Below are positions 11,930 to 23,318 of a DNA stretch of 64,000 bases, in pieces. Numbering within the stretch: the stretch's first letter is position 1; the number at the start of each line of letters is the position of its first letter. A program made the position numbers and the translations under genes. Source of the DNA: Chara braunii (lineage: Eukaryota > Plantae > Charophyceae); assembly GCA_003427395.1 (NCBI GenBank), contig BFEA01000035.1, forward strand, positions 2,668,008-2,732,007. The letters run 5' to 3'. Below the pieces are notes generated by a model. It did not search any database. It saw nothing but the letters and a program-made list of their open reading frames with translations, and was not told where the DNA came from.

Positions 11930-12570
11930 TGACTTTTCTAAGGTCGGACGTGAGAAAGGTCCATGTAGGGGTCGTCGCGACAGTCGAGGACCTTGAGCAT
12001 ACGCCCCTTGTGGCGAGCCCGTGCAAGTTCCGAAGTGTGCGGGTGTTGGTGAATTCCCCCGCCCCGCATGTTTTGAAGTACGGGCCGAAGAGAGCATTTC
12101 GAAAGGGTCTGTGTGGGGCTGCAGACTGGGGGTAGCAGCGGACGTTGCGAGCGCGCAGCCTGCCACCCGCCATTGTCGTGAGGGGTGGGTGTAAGCATAC
12201 CCGTTGGGCCCCATGAGATGGTAAGTTTGCGCGTACACCGAGCGGGGGGCCACCGGGCGGAGACCCGCAGCGGTACAGGCTGCAACAACCTTTCCCACGA
12301 AACCCCCCCTACCTCAGCCCCAAAGTTCGCATTTGAATATTTGCTACTACCACAAGATTTGCGTCGAGGCCTGTGTCACCAAGCCTCACGCTACAGATCG
12401 CAGAGAGGCCGCGCCCCGATCCTGTGCTCTGCCATGTGGGAAAGGTGAGTGGAGACTGGTCGTGGGGCGGGGCCAGGAGTACTAAGGTGCGGGCTCGCAG
12501 GGGCACCGCTGTGCAAATCGCCGTCGGACTCAGAGAAAACAACGAAAGAGTTAATCGGACTGTCGCTCGA
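11930..12570. pseudogene. Mosaic of degenerate LSU rRNA fragments in both orientations
   Basis: 12322-12362 (-) resembles GCAGATCTTGGTGGTAGTAGCAAATATTCAAATGAGAACTTT. On (+), 12190-12280 resembles GAGCATACCTGTCGGGACCCGAAAGATGGTGAAC...GGAGGCCCGCAGCGATAC, 12495-12565 resembles GTGCAAATCG...CGAAAGACTAATCG, and 12069-12092 resembles GTCTTGAAACACGGACCAAGGAG. Confidence 0.7.
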
Positions 12571-15500
12571 CAAAGAGCCGGAGCCGATGTATTGTGTAGG
12601 TAGGTGGAAAGCAGTCGGACGGCAGGTTCGGCCGGGCTGCGTAGGCAGCAGCGAGCGAAGCAGGCAACGGGCGCAGGAAAAAGGAAGTGCACCCGAACGC
12701 GATATTGGGCCGGGTCCATTCACAAAACAGAAGTGGGGGAGGAAGGGATATGGCAGGCTAGAAAACGTATGACTCGCTTGATCCTTGAGGGAATCAGGCG
12801 AGCCAAGATTCGTTCCATGGGTTTTAGGCCAGGGCGAATCCTATGGAGAAGGCGGATCGGAAAATAGTGAGGCATAGGGGGAGGTAGGCAGAAGGAGGTG
12901 AGCGCAGAGATATGGCGGAAGGTGAGTCGGGCGCAGTCCAAAAACCAGCGAGCTCTCGATCCTGAGAGGGATCGGGGAAGGGGAGATGCGATCTCGGGGT
13001 TTTGACCCCGGGCGAATCTGTTGGTAGTGTTAGTTGTGAGGATAGGTCGATAGGATTAGAGGTTAGTATGAAACGAGTTGCGCGGAGGTGGTGGAAGGAG
13101 GCTAATGGCAGAGATGGGAGGAAGCGATATTTCGCTTGGTTCTTAATGAAATCCAGCGAAATAAAGTCATGAGCTGTGTTCTTGTTGTAGTGCGAACTAG
13201 AATGTGAAGTCAGATTGAGTAGAGGATCAGTAGTTTAGGGTGTTAGTAGAAAAAGTGGCCGCCCGAGGCTATGGCGGACGAAGGAGGGAGAGTGAGGATT
13301 TTGTCCGGCTCTGCATGGAGTTGGGCAAGCTAAAAGGTTAAAGAGGGGTTTTGGAGGGATGCGAGTTCGATGGTGTGACTGGATTCTACAGTGAGGGTGC
13401 GGGTTCGGTGCTACGCAACCCATAGGTTGCGCTACGGGTGGAACGACAACATGATGAATGCATCTGGCCGTGTTTTAGTGGCAGATGCATACCAAGTCTG
13501 GCTCGCTCTAACAAACTGCAAGGGGGGGGGGTTGTATCCCTCCGGGTTCTAGCGGAGGGTTCGTTGTGACCTTACTCGCAGGGAGTGAGAGGGAATATCC
13601 GTGGGGAAATAGAACAGCGAGTTTATGGCGCCGTATTACCACACATGCATCTGCCTGGGTTACTCAGTCGATGCGCCGCTCGCCCACAGATCATTGACAG
13701 GAGTGCAGGGGGTGGTCGCGAAGGGAAGGCGAAGGGAGAAAAAATGTACTTGAGGTGTGCGAATAGTCTACGTATGAGGAGTGAGGGGAGTTGATAGCCA
13801 CGTCATGTACGTTGGTCTCCAACTTCACTGAGACTCATTCGTATGATTGTGGATAGGCTAGCTACGCTAAGTAGTACAGGCCAGGCGTCGGACAATAGGA
13901 GCGACATGGGATATGGTACTGGTATGACCAAAGAGTGTCTGGGATCGGCGCTCGAGTCCTTTAGGCTTTTCTTACCTGGACGGTATCCGGGGCAATGCAC
14001 TTCTTGCTTGACACGTGACTATGTGGACTGTTTCTGCAATTCGGTAGCTTGAGTGTCTGTTTATCGCCCCCGCTCGTACCCCTCTGCAGCAACTGGGCAA
14101 GCAGGTGGCACAATCTGTGCGCCAGCACCGCAGTTGTGCGTTTAACAGGCACAGCTAGCAGTCGAATGGTGGATGAACTAACGGGATGAATTGGGCCGTG
14201 TAGCCGGCCTAGGCCTTGACAATTAATAGTGACCGCAGGGGGGGCAGCACGTACCTTGAGAGCACGGCACTGTGGGATGAGCCGAGCCTCGAACTATGGT
14301 GCCAAATAGTGTCTGAAGTGGGGACAACAGAAAGGCGGGACAGTGAGACTGCAGACGAGTCGGTGCGAGGCTCAACTGGCTGAGTAAAGTTGCATAAGTT
14401 CAGCCAGGGGGAGGGGGCGCCGACCGGGGCTTGGTAAGGAAGGCACAACTGGCATTTGAGCGCGGCCCGCCTGCTGAACAGCCAGCTGGCCACACCGTTA
14501 GTAAGGAGAAGAGGCAAACGACTGTTGATGGCTGATGCTGCGTCGGTGGACTGTGTACGCATTGCTGCTGTATGCTGGCAAACTGTTGCTGGGCCTATGG
14601 ATCATGCTGGGTACGGCTGCTGGTCATGGCTGCTGGTCATGATTGGCTGCGCATAGATAGTTGCTGCCGTTTTGACTGCGCACATTGTCGCTGCGTACTG
14701 GGCACGAACTACTGTTGATTGCCACGACATGCGAAGGCTGCTGCAGGCTGAGAGAAACGGTCGCTGCTACTGCTCCTGGCGGCGGCTGCTATTGCTATTT
14801 GAGTGCCTTTGAGCATCGCTGCTGCTGGTACTTGTCGTTGTTGACTGATTCAGGCTGCTGTGCAGCCGCGGTTGGACTGAGGAGAGGTGGTGAGACTTGG
14901 AGAAGTGGTCAGGCTGGACGAGTAGAGGGTTAGTGCTGCGACTTGGGGAGTCACCAGGGGGTTGAATTTCGTCAGTTCTACTTCAGAGGTTGAAAAAGTT
15001 GTCATATTAGCTGCCATTGCGGGGCCCTCAGGCGATTCAAGATACCAAGGCCCTCTCCTGCAAGTCTGAGAGCACCCCTCTGGGATTTGAAAGTCTAAAA
15101 TCTTTCTCCTCCTTCCCGTCTTACTCTAAGTCTAGTCCAGTGGGTTTGAGAGGAAGGCGGCAGGCGGGATTGCAACTCGTAATCCGTGCCAAGGCCTCTT
15201 TGGGAGGTTCACCCCACCGATTGCAGGAGCTCTGTCGGAACTCAGGAGGAGTTCTAGAGGCAGGGAACTGACAGGTAAACCATTGCTTTCCCTCTATAAA
15301 TCCAGTTATAGCCCCTATCTGTATTTCACATTGCATCTCTGACTGAGTATATGGTGTGCAAACTTACTTTGACTTTTGTTTGACTTTCAGGACGCTGAAC
15401 CAGACTAAGTAAAGGAATGTTTGTCCAATCTCAGTTTCAGCTTTATTGGTTGTATGAAATCAGACTGTTAAAAGAAACTGCATCTGGGAAGGCAGGATGG

Positions 15501-15589
15501 CGGACTGATTTGCATGATGGTTGACTGGGTCACTAAGGCTGGGAGGTCCTCATAAGTATGGGGAGACCCAGTGCCTTGTTTATTTTGCA

Positions 15590-16200
15590 TTTTCTGGGAA
15601 CACTCTCTTGTACTTGGCTTTGTATAAATCTTGGCAAACTACTTTCTCTACGGGAAGCGCTGCCGAAATTTCTACAAATCCAAGGAGTTAGTCAACTTTT
15701 GACTTGTCAAAATTCAACTTGTCTTTTCTTTATATCTGACTTGGTAAAAATCTGAAAAATCTTCTTTTCTAAAGGGAGTGTTGTCCAAATTGTTGCTAAA
15801 TCAAGGAGTTAGACAAAATTGGACTTTGAAAAGTCAAAGTAACTTTCAAATTCTGGACTTTGCCTTGTATAAATTTTAGAATAACACTTTTCTAGAGGGA
15901 ATGCTGCCGAATTTTCTGCAAAACTAAGGAGTTAGTTAAATTTTATCTAAGTTGAACTCAAGTTGTCTTTTGAGTTGATATGACTTAGTATAAATCTGGA
16001 AAGTCTCCCTTTCTAAAGGGAGTGCTGGCCGAATTCCACTGATTCAATGAGTTAGGCAGAATTTGACTTTCCAGAGTTAAAGATTATTTCTGCTTTCATA
16101 TTTGGACGTATATAAATTCTAGAAAGACACTTTTCCTACGGGAAGCGCTGCCGAAATTTTCTTAGTTTAAAGGAGATAGATTATATTTTGACAGGTGACG
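15590..16200 (+). repeat. ~120-bp tandem repeat (5 units); related arrays at 17830-18292, 32290-32630 and one unit at ~36435-36490
   Basis: GGRAGYGCTGCCGAAWTT...AGGAGTTAG motif recurs at ~15652, 15774, 15898, 16018 and 16140. Confidence 0.85.
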
Positions 16201-18956
16201 ATTCGGTAGCCATCCTATAACTTTCCGATGCGGAAATCGAATAGGCGCCGCGCGCGAGACTTGGTATAAAACCACGCGGACGCAGGGCCTACTCATATTG
16301 ACTCGCAATGCAGGCGTACGCAAGCAGTCGCAATGATGGCGTACTATGTAGTGCCCATAATCAAGCGGTCTCTCGTGGATCCGAGTCCCGCTTATGACAC
16401 TCAAGTGTCAGACTCGAAGTGTCGTGAGGGTCTAATTTCTCACGATATTGCACGGCTGAAGGAATAGTCGTGCAGCCGCCGCGAGACCTCCGGCCTTTGG
16501 TCTGAGTGTCTCGGTAGGCAAGGCAAATAGGCTCAGCACGGGGGAAGATTTCTTCCCTACAGAGTCTAGGGCTTCGAATGTCCTGGACAAGGACCTTGAA
16601 TCCTGGCCCAGGACTAACGTCCGACTATAAAAATGTCTAAAAAGCAAAGGGTAAAAGAGGATCTTTTGTTTCTCTTACACCCATAATCTGTTTAACCCTT
16701 ACGCGCGGTCCCAGTAGGCCGCACGAAACACTCGAGACATATATCTACACATATATATAGAGGGTTATTAATATAGGACAATCACTTCTCACAGTCACAA
16801 TGTGATTCCTCTCAGCCATATACATATGTATATGAGCGCAGATAGTCAAATCCCAAGTCCGAATCACCAAGCATACATGCAATCACATCAAAGATTCAAC
16901 CAGAAAAGTTCAAGCACTACACGGGTCAACTTCAACCATTCTCTGCCCTCACACCCCTTGCTTTAGCCATACAAACCTCAACCTTAGCGCACCTTCCCAG
17001 CAATAAAATACTCAGTAACTTTGTTAAATGACCATTCAATAAAGTCCGGGTAAAAACACAACAAAACAGACAAAACCACAGGGCTTAAACCTTTAGGTTA
17101 AGTGGCAGGAGTGAATTGGAGTCGAGTCGTAAGCCGACGAATCGGCAACCGACCTGTTATCAGTGATAACAAAAGATGATCCTCAAGGGATCATGCTGAA
17201 TCTAGTCCTGAACTTGAATCAAACAATCAAGAGGGTCTGTAACACATGACAGGTCAATGCCCCAGGCTAACCCTATAAGTACATGGAGAACAATCTCCAT
17301 ATCATGATCTTACCCAAGTCGACCGACGACGGGCCGCGTTTCGGACCTCAGCCCCCCCAAGATGTCGGTTCGCTTGCGGGTTCGATAGAGGCGTACTGCC
17401 GCGCATACCCCCTATGCTACAGCGAACGAGAAAAACCCTCGGCTGGTTCACCTGTGCGATTGCAACTGATCAGCTTTCGTACTGTGGACTGGTAGCTCGG
17501 CGGGGATACGCCCACCGAAGGGAGGTGACAGCTCTCGTAAGGTGGAGGTAAGTCGTGCCTCGCGTAGGCCCTATCCTGTCGTAGGAGCTCGCGAGAGGTA
17601 TGGCTAGCGCACTCGGCCGGAGCGGCTTGCGAAGACTCCATGAATATTTTGCGACGAACGATTTAAACCAACTTCTGCGTGACCCGGCCGGGAGGGTCCC
17701 GCGCTGCCTTGCGCGGTGCCGGACCGATGCGCTCGACACCGTGATACAGTCTCAAAAGGAATACCATGAAGATTATCTTTAATTCTCATAATCGGGTTAA
17801 GTGTCAGAGTTTATCCTAGGTCTAGTTGTACTTTGTTTTTCATACTTGACTTAGTAAAAATTTTGGGAGCTCATTTTCCTAAAGGAAGTGCTGCCAAATT
17901 GTTTACAAATTCAAAGAGTTTGTTAAGTTTTGTTTTTGTAAAGTAGGGTTGTAGTCTGATTTCATTTCCAACTTAGTAAGAATTTGGGAAGTTCACTTTC
18001 TTAGACGAAACGTTGCCGAATGTTTTGCTAATTCAAGAAGTTAGACAAGATCTGTCTTTGCAAACGTTTAGACACACTTTGACTTTCATTCTAGTTTAAT
18101 TTAGTGCAAATTAATTTGGGGAGTTCACTTTCTTAGAGGAAACGCTGCTGAATGTTTTGCTGGTTCAAGTAATTAGACAAAATTTGTCTTTGCAAAAGTT
18201 TAGACACACTTGGACTTTCATTTAGTTTAGTAAATTTTTTGTAGTCCACTTTTTTAAGGAAGTGTAGTCGAAGTTTTTACAAATTTAGAGAGTTTTTTTT
18301 TTTTTTTTTTTTTCTTAAACAACTCATAGAAGTACTAGGGGTACTAGTACTATCGAAGAGGCTTCATCTATTGGTGGGGAGCGTCACCTNCTGGAAACCG
18401 GGTCCATCGTCCCTTTTAAAAAAAAAAAAAAATTGTAATTACATATTCGGAAGTCAGATCCCACTATACATCATTAGGTCTGCCAGCATTGTTTGTCATA
18501 TTTTCATAGGATTGACTGCACAGGGTTACTACTAGATATGTTGAAATGAAGTACGCTTTGGGCCTCTTCTGTATGCTCGGCCCTTGCTCCTCAATCTGCT
18601 TCATACCATTGTATGTCTACCATTGCTAACTGGTGAGGCGGGAAGGGATCGAGAAATTTTGTGGATGGTCGCAGCGGGATCTCCTGACCAACCAATATCC
18701 AGTCTTTGAAGAAAATACGGTATTTTGTTTTGAACTCTTCCCATTGGCATTCCTAGGTAGGCCTGCCGTTTCAACTTACGGAGGTATTTCAGCCCCCGTT
18801 GTCACTGTCCAACCAATCCCTTGAGAATTGTTGAATTGCTTGCATTATATCTTTGGATGAATAAAACAAATTCAATTTGTTTTCAACTTTTTGTCACTGT
18901 ACTGTTAGTTTTTGTTAAACATATTGTTTTATCATATATGTGGCCTCTCTCTCCGC

Positions 18957-19955
18957 TGTCGGCGCGAATACCCTTATAAGGGTATTCGACCTGGTTTTTG
19001 CAGGTGATAAGAAAGGTTGGGGTTTGGTCAGAATAAACTGCGTGGGGCGCGACCGCATCCAGGAACCGCCTCGGCTAAGTTAGGAAGTATGTGGGCCTGC
19101 AGTTTAAGGCGCGAGTGTGATTTTTCTGATTGAGTAGACGGCCGGTCTACTCGACCGACCTGGACCGCGTTACGGATCGGATTAAGGAATAAAAGTCTGG
19201 GGTTTGGTTGGCACACACGACCAACGGTAAGGGTTGTCGCACGGGGTGGCGCGCGAGGGCCACCATGGCGCGGTCTAAGTAAGCCTGCACGGGTGCCTAG
19301 TGTTGGCACGTCAGCTGCAGGCAGGAGAGAGGGGGCTCGGGCTATTCCTCCTAGGCCTAGGTATTGCGTGGCACCACTTCATATCGAAGTGGGCGCCCAG
19401 TTGTTCCAAGCTTGGGCTTAGCCCCATAGGTTACCGTGTTGGACTACTGTCATGGAGGTATGGGGATTGAGGCTAGCGGGCGTCGGTGTAGGAGCGGCGG
19501 AATGAAGGCGAGACTGAGGGGTTGAGGGTCCCGCGGGACTATCCCTCTTACTTTTTGTTGGGGGAGTACAGTCCCGGGCCCGTTTGTAAGAGCTAAGGGG
19601 ACCGTAGGTAGGTCCCGCTGCCTGTCTCCGGTAGACCCCTCAGTATCGTTTTGGGTTTCTGTCTCCTTTTATTATTTTTTTTGTGGACCCGATTTGGGCC
19701 CCGACACCGGGTCCGAGCGCGGCTGTTTGACCGTGGGTCTAGCTCAGGGCATTACCCACGAGTTGTCAAAGTACAGGCCAAGTGGCCTTTGGCCTCTTCG
19801 TGGGGCACTGCCCGGGTGGTCCTTCGGGACATCCGCTGATATTGGAACGATACAGAGAAGACCAGCCTGTGCCCCTGCGTGCGGATGATATGCATAAAGT
19901 GGGGGGGAGAGGGTCCCGCGCTGCCACGTGTGGTGCCAGACCGATGCGCTCGACA
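18957..19955 (+). repeat. 5' LTR of element B
   Basis: TGTCG...CGACA, followed after 2 bp by the PBS. The first ~540 bp are homologous to 11047-11550; the last ~47 bp are shared with 17692-17738 and 34850-34895. Confidence 0.85.
19819..19898 (+). pseudogene. U6 snRNA-derived sequence (3'-truncated) inside the LTR
   Basis: GTCCTTCGGGACATCCGCTGATATTGGAACGATACAGAGAAGACCAGCCTGTGCCCCTGCGTGCGGATGATATGCATAAA aligns with plant U6 nt ~1-80; the 5' stem-loop, ACAGAGA box and AGC triad are retained. Confidence 0.92.
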
Positions 19956-19957
19956 GG

Positions 19958-19975
19958 TGGCGCCGTTGCCGGGGA
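19958..19975 (+). promoter_or_regulatory. Primer-binding site (tRNA-Asp type, as in Athila-like elements)
   Basis: TGGCGCCGTTGCCGGGGA, 2 bp after the LTR-terminal CA. Confidence 0.88.
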
Positions 19976-20065
19976 TAACGGAAGCCTACCGTTGTTCCTG
20001 GTGGAACGACATCCGGGTATGGGAATGAGGGAGGATTAGGCACATGGGTAGATAAGGGTAGAACT

Positions 20066-23000
20066 ATGAGATGGATCGTATAGTAATCTATATGGCTGTG
20101 TGTAAGTGAATGTTGATTTGATTGGCGGTTTGGCTGATGGCATGGACGAGGCGAATATATGAGCAAATTTTATGGTAAGGATGGACCTTACCTAGGTGAG
20201 CCTAAGGGAGATAGAAAACGAAATGTCTGTCAGATCTAGGGTATCCGACTGGCTGGATCTGACGGAGCAAGCACTGGTAGGGCTGTCGGATGAGGTCAAG
20301 CTCCAGCGAGTCCTAAGATATGTCCTTCATAGCCATCATCAGGTGGTGGGCAAGTGGATGTCGCCAATGGTAGTTGGGCGAGGTTCAGAGACTTGATGCA
20401 GAGAAAGTACAGGTTGGGGGATGGCTTGCTGACCACAGCGGACTTGGAGGCCATGAACAAAGATGACTTCTCCACGATCGGGGCGTTTGTGCACGAGTTC
20501 AAAAGGAAGGCGAGGAAGGTGCACGGGATTTCTGAAGAAACGCAGTGCGCCATATTTTTGGGTCTGCTTACTGGCTCGGAGGCCTCGGAGGTGACGGGTC
20601 ACGGAGGGGGAAATGAGAAACTCACCTGGGCCACTATCGACAAAGGGGTGGAAGAGGGGAGCCTGGACCAGGTGGAGCAGCACCAGGTGCGGCTGCAAAG
20701 GCGTAAGAGAAAAGAAAGGGACGCCACCACATCCGGGACCCCGGGGGTGAAGAGGATCGTCACGGACGTATTGGCAGCGTTGGGGTATGATAATGAGGCG
20801 GAAGTGCAAAAGAGAGGGGTGACTGTGACCAAGGTCGGGCATCAGGGGCAGGGGAGGAAGAGGCTAGGCGCGAGGACTACGGCGGAGAAGAGACGGGCTC
20901 CCAAATCCTGACCAAGGCCCAGAGGAAGCAGCGGAATTTACTAGTGGGGGGTCAAGGATCAGGGAAAGGGCAGGCCCTGCAAGCGGTCGCCGCGCCACCA
21001 CCTGCCGCCACGACAACGTCAACGTCGGTCGGGCCGTCATGCATGGGGCCGCAGCCGGCTTGTGGGCATTGGATGCCGCATTGTCAACTCGCGCCCTGGC
21101 CCAGCTGTAATCACTGTACCTCCTGTGGAGGGAGTCAGACCCATTCTGGACAGATGGTCCCCTATGCGGGCACGGCGGCAAGTATGGGGCCCCCAAGCTA
21201 CCCCGCGACCCAAGGTCAATTTGTGGCCCAACCGCCACCCTCCCGACAGGCCTCGCAGGCTAGCATGGTCGGGGGAGGAAACCAAGGACAAGGCGGGCAA
21301 GGCAATGGAGGTCGAGGTCAAGGGCCGAAGAGGAAATGGTGGGGGTCGCGGAGGTGGTTGGAATGGTCAGGGGGGCCAGAGCCAAGGTGGCCGGAGCGGC
21401 CAGGAGAAGGGCCAAGGGTATGGGAGGCCCAGTTTTGATTGGCGGAATGCCACCTGTTGGCATTGTGGCGATGTGGGCCACACTATGCGGTTCTGCCAAC
21501 GGCGGCGGGATTATGAGTTGTCAGGGTTAATTTCCTCCTGTATGGACGGGGATATATATGATAAGTGGGGGGATCATATCGATCCCACGACCCCGGGAGG
21601 GATCAGACAAGAGGCTCTTAGGCGAGCGGCGGCAGGGTCAGCGGCAACCCCGGCCATGTTCAAGATGTGGCAGAAAAGAGAAGAGTTGGCCATAAGAGTT
21701 GAGGAGATTGTGGGGGATAGTGAGGAGGTCACTGAGCGACTAAGGAACTATAAGGGAGGAGCCAATAGTCGTCGCGTCGGATGACGAGGGGCAGGAAGAC
21801 GAAGGAGAGCCGGCCATGGTCCTCCTGGGGAGGATGGAAGATCTGCTGGAAAAAGTGGGAAGATACCAGCGGAAGCTGCAGATCCTGTGTGAAGAAGCCC
21901 GAGGGTGGGAGGCCAACCTGCCTGAGGTCTTCCTTTACGACTCCGGACCTGAGCCTTCGCCAGGTCAGCAGGGGTGCCCAAGAGTTGCGACCGTGGGGAC
22001 AGGCCCCAGGTCGGGTATGACCTATAGACCCCCCACGTCGCATGGGAGGGTGCCACAGGCGGCTCGGACCAGGAGCCAAAACAAGGTCGGGCCTAGCCAA
22101 GAGCCCTGTCAGGAGCCCAGTCAGGCGCGCAGTCAGGCACCCCCTCGAAAGGAGCCTGAGCCAGGGCGTAGGAGGGAGGTGGTGGAGGTCCCGAAGGAAG
22201 AGGATGAGGATGACGACGAAGAGGATGAGAGGCTCCGACAAGAGGAGGATCAGCGGGTGGAGATGAGGGCAAAAAAGAGAGGAGCCCGGGAGGAGGCCGA
22301 GCCAAGCCTGCCTGACAGCGTGCCTAAGAGGAAGAAGTACGTTGTCCGGATGGAGGAAGGCTTCGATGTAGAGCGAATGGTGGACAAGCTCCTGGAAGGC
22401 CACAATGACTTGATGAACCTAAAGGACATCCTAGCGTCGGCGCCAAAGCTCAGTGGTGAGCTGAAGGGGCGACTCTCGCGAAGGCTGGTGCCTAATGTCC
22501 ATCTGAGTACGGTCCTGCCCAGGGAGGTAGAATGGACTGAGGCAGGAACAAGGATGGATTGGAAATGTGTGGCGTGCGGGCCGGTGGATCTGGTGATAAA
22601 AAACCAGAAGTGCACTTGGATGGTGGACACGGGCGCAGAAATGAACATCATCAGGGAGAAGGAGGCGGTGATGATGGGGATGGAGATTGACCGTTCGGAT
22701 CACGGTATGCAGCACGGCGCCAACTGTAAGGCCGCTTTTTGCGGCACGGCGTCCAACGTGATCATAGAGATCGGGAAGGTGCGGGCGAGGACCTGTTTTT
22801 TCGTTATGCCCGATGTCGATTATTCCATCCTTCTGGGGCGGTCGTTCCTGTGCCGAACGGAAACGTTGATTTTTAATAAGCACGACAGGACAATGATCCT
22901 GCTCCTATGCGATCCAACGTGCGGGAACTACGAAGTTATCACCTGCCGAAACATGGGGCCGAGAAGCGGAAGGAACAGGCCTAACCTCGGCTCGTTCACC

Positions 23001-23318
23001 TTCGAGGAATCGGAGAACGAGCTAAGACGGCTTTGGGAAGTGCCCGAGGAGGAAGATAGGACTGAGGTGCTGACATTGAGCCTCACAGACGTAAACAAGG
23101 CCATGGAGGTGGTGGCGGCTCACGACATGGCGGATCCGGAGGCCATTAAGGCATTGAGGGAACAGGTTTTGGAAAACCCTCAGGTGGGAGAGGTGGAATT
23201 GGTGTATCAGCTTCCGGGAGGGAGGGGAGACCCTGCAATGGCCCAGGCCCGGGCGACAAGTCGGCCTTTTTTAAGGGAGGGCTTAAACAGGGCTCCCAAA
23301 GGCGGTACAAGACCGTAG
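20066..23318 (+). pseudogene. gag-protease (frameshifted)
   Basis: Capsid-like SWARFRDLMQRKY; zinc knuckle CWHCGDVGHTMRFC; aspartic protease WMVDTGAEMNII...ILLGRSFL. The 5' boundary is approximate. Confidence 0.88.

Larger units (their letters stand above)
11047..17738 (+). mobile_element. Element A: non-coding 6.7-kb LTR-family member (giant solo LTR or non-autonomous derivative)
   Basis: Starts TGTCGGTGCGAATACCCTTA (as at 18957) and ends CCGATGCGCTCGACA (as at 19955), giving TGTCG...CGACA termini. Flanks tcgt/ccgt look like a 4-bp TSD with one mismatch. ~14.4-17.7 kb is homologous to 30.2-34.9 kb. Confidence 0.8.

Noticed and set aside
11600-12570. Functional rDNA unit
   Set aside because: Short, diverged, out-of-order fragments on both strands.
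13626-13635. TGGCGCCGT as a PBS in element A
   Set aside because: Only 9 nt match and it is not preceded by an LTR end.
19819-19898. Functional U6 gene
   Set aside because: Lacks the 3' ~25 nt and oligo-T terminator, has substitutions in the U4/U2-pairing region, and has no clear USE plus TATA upstream.
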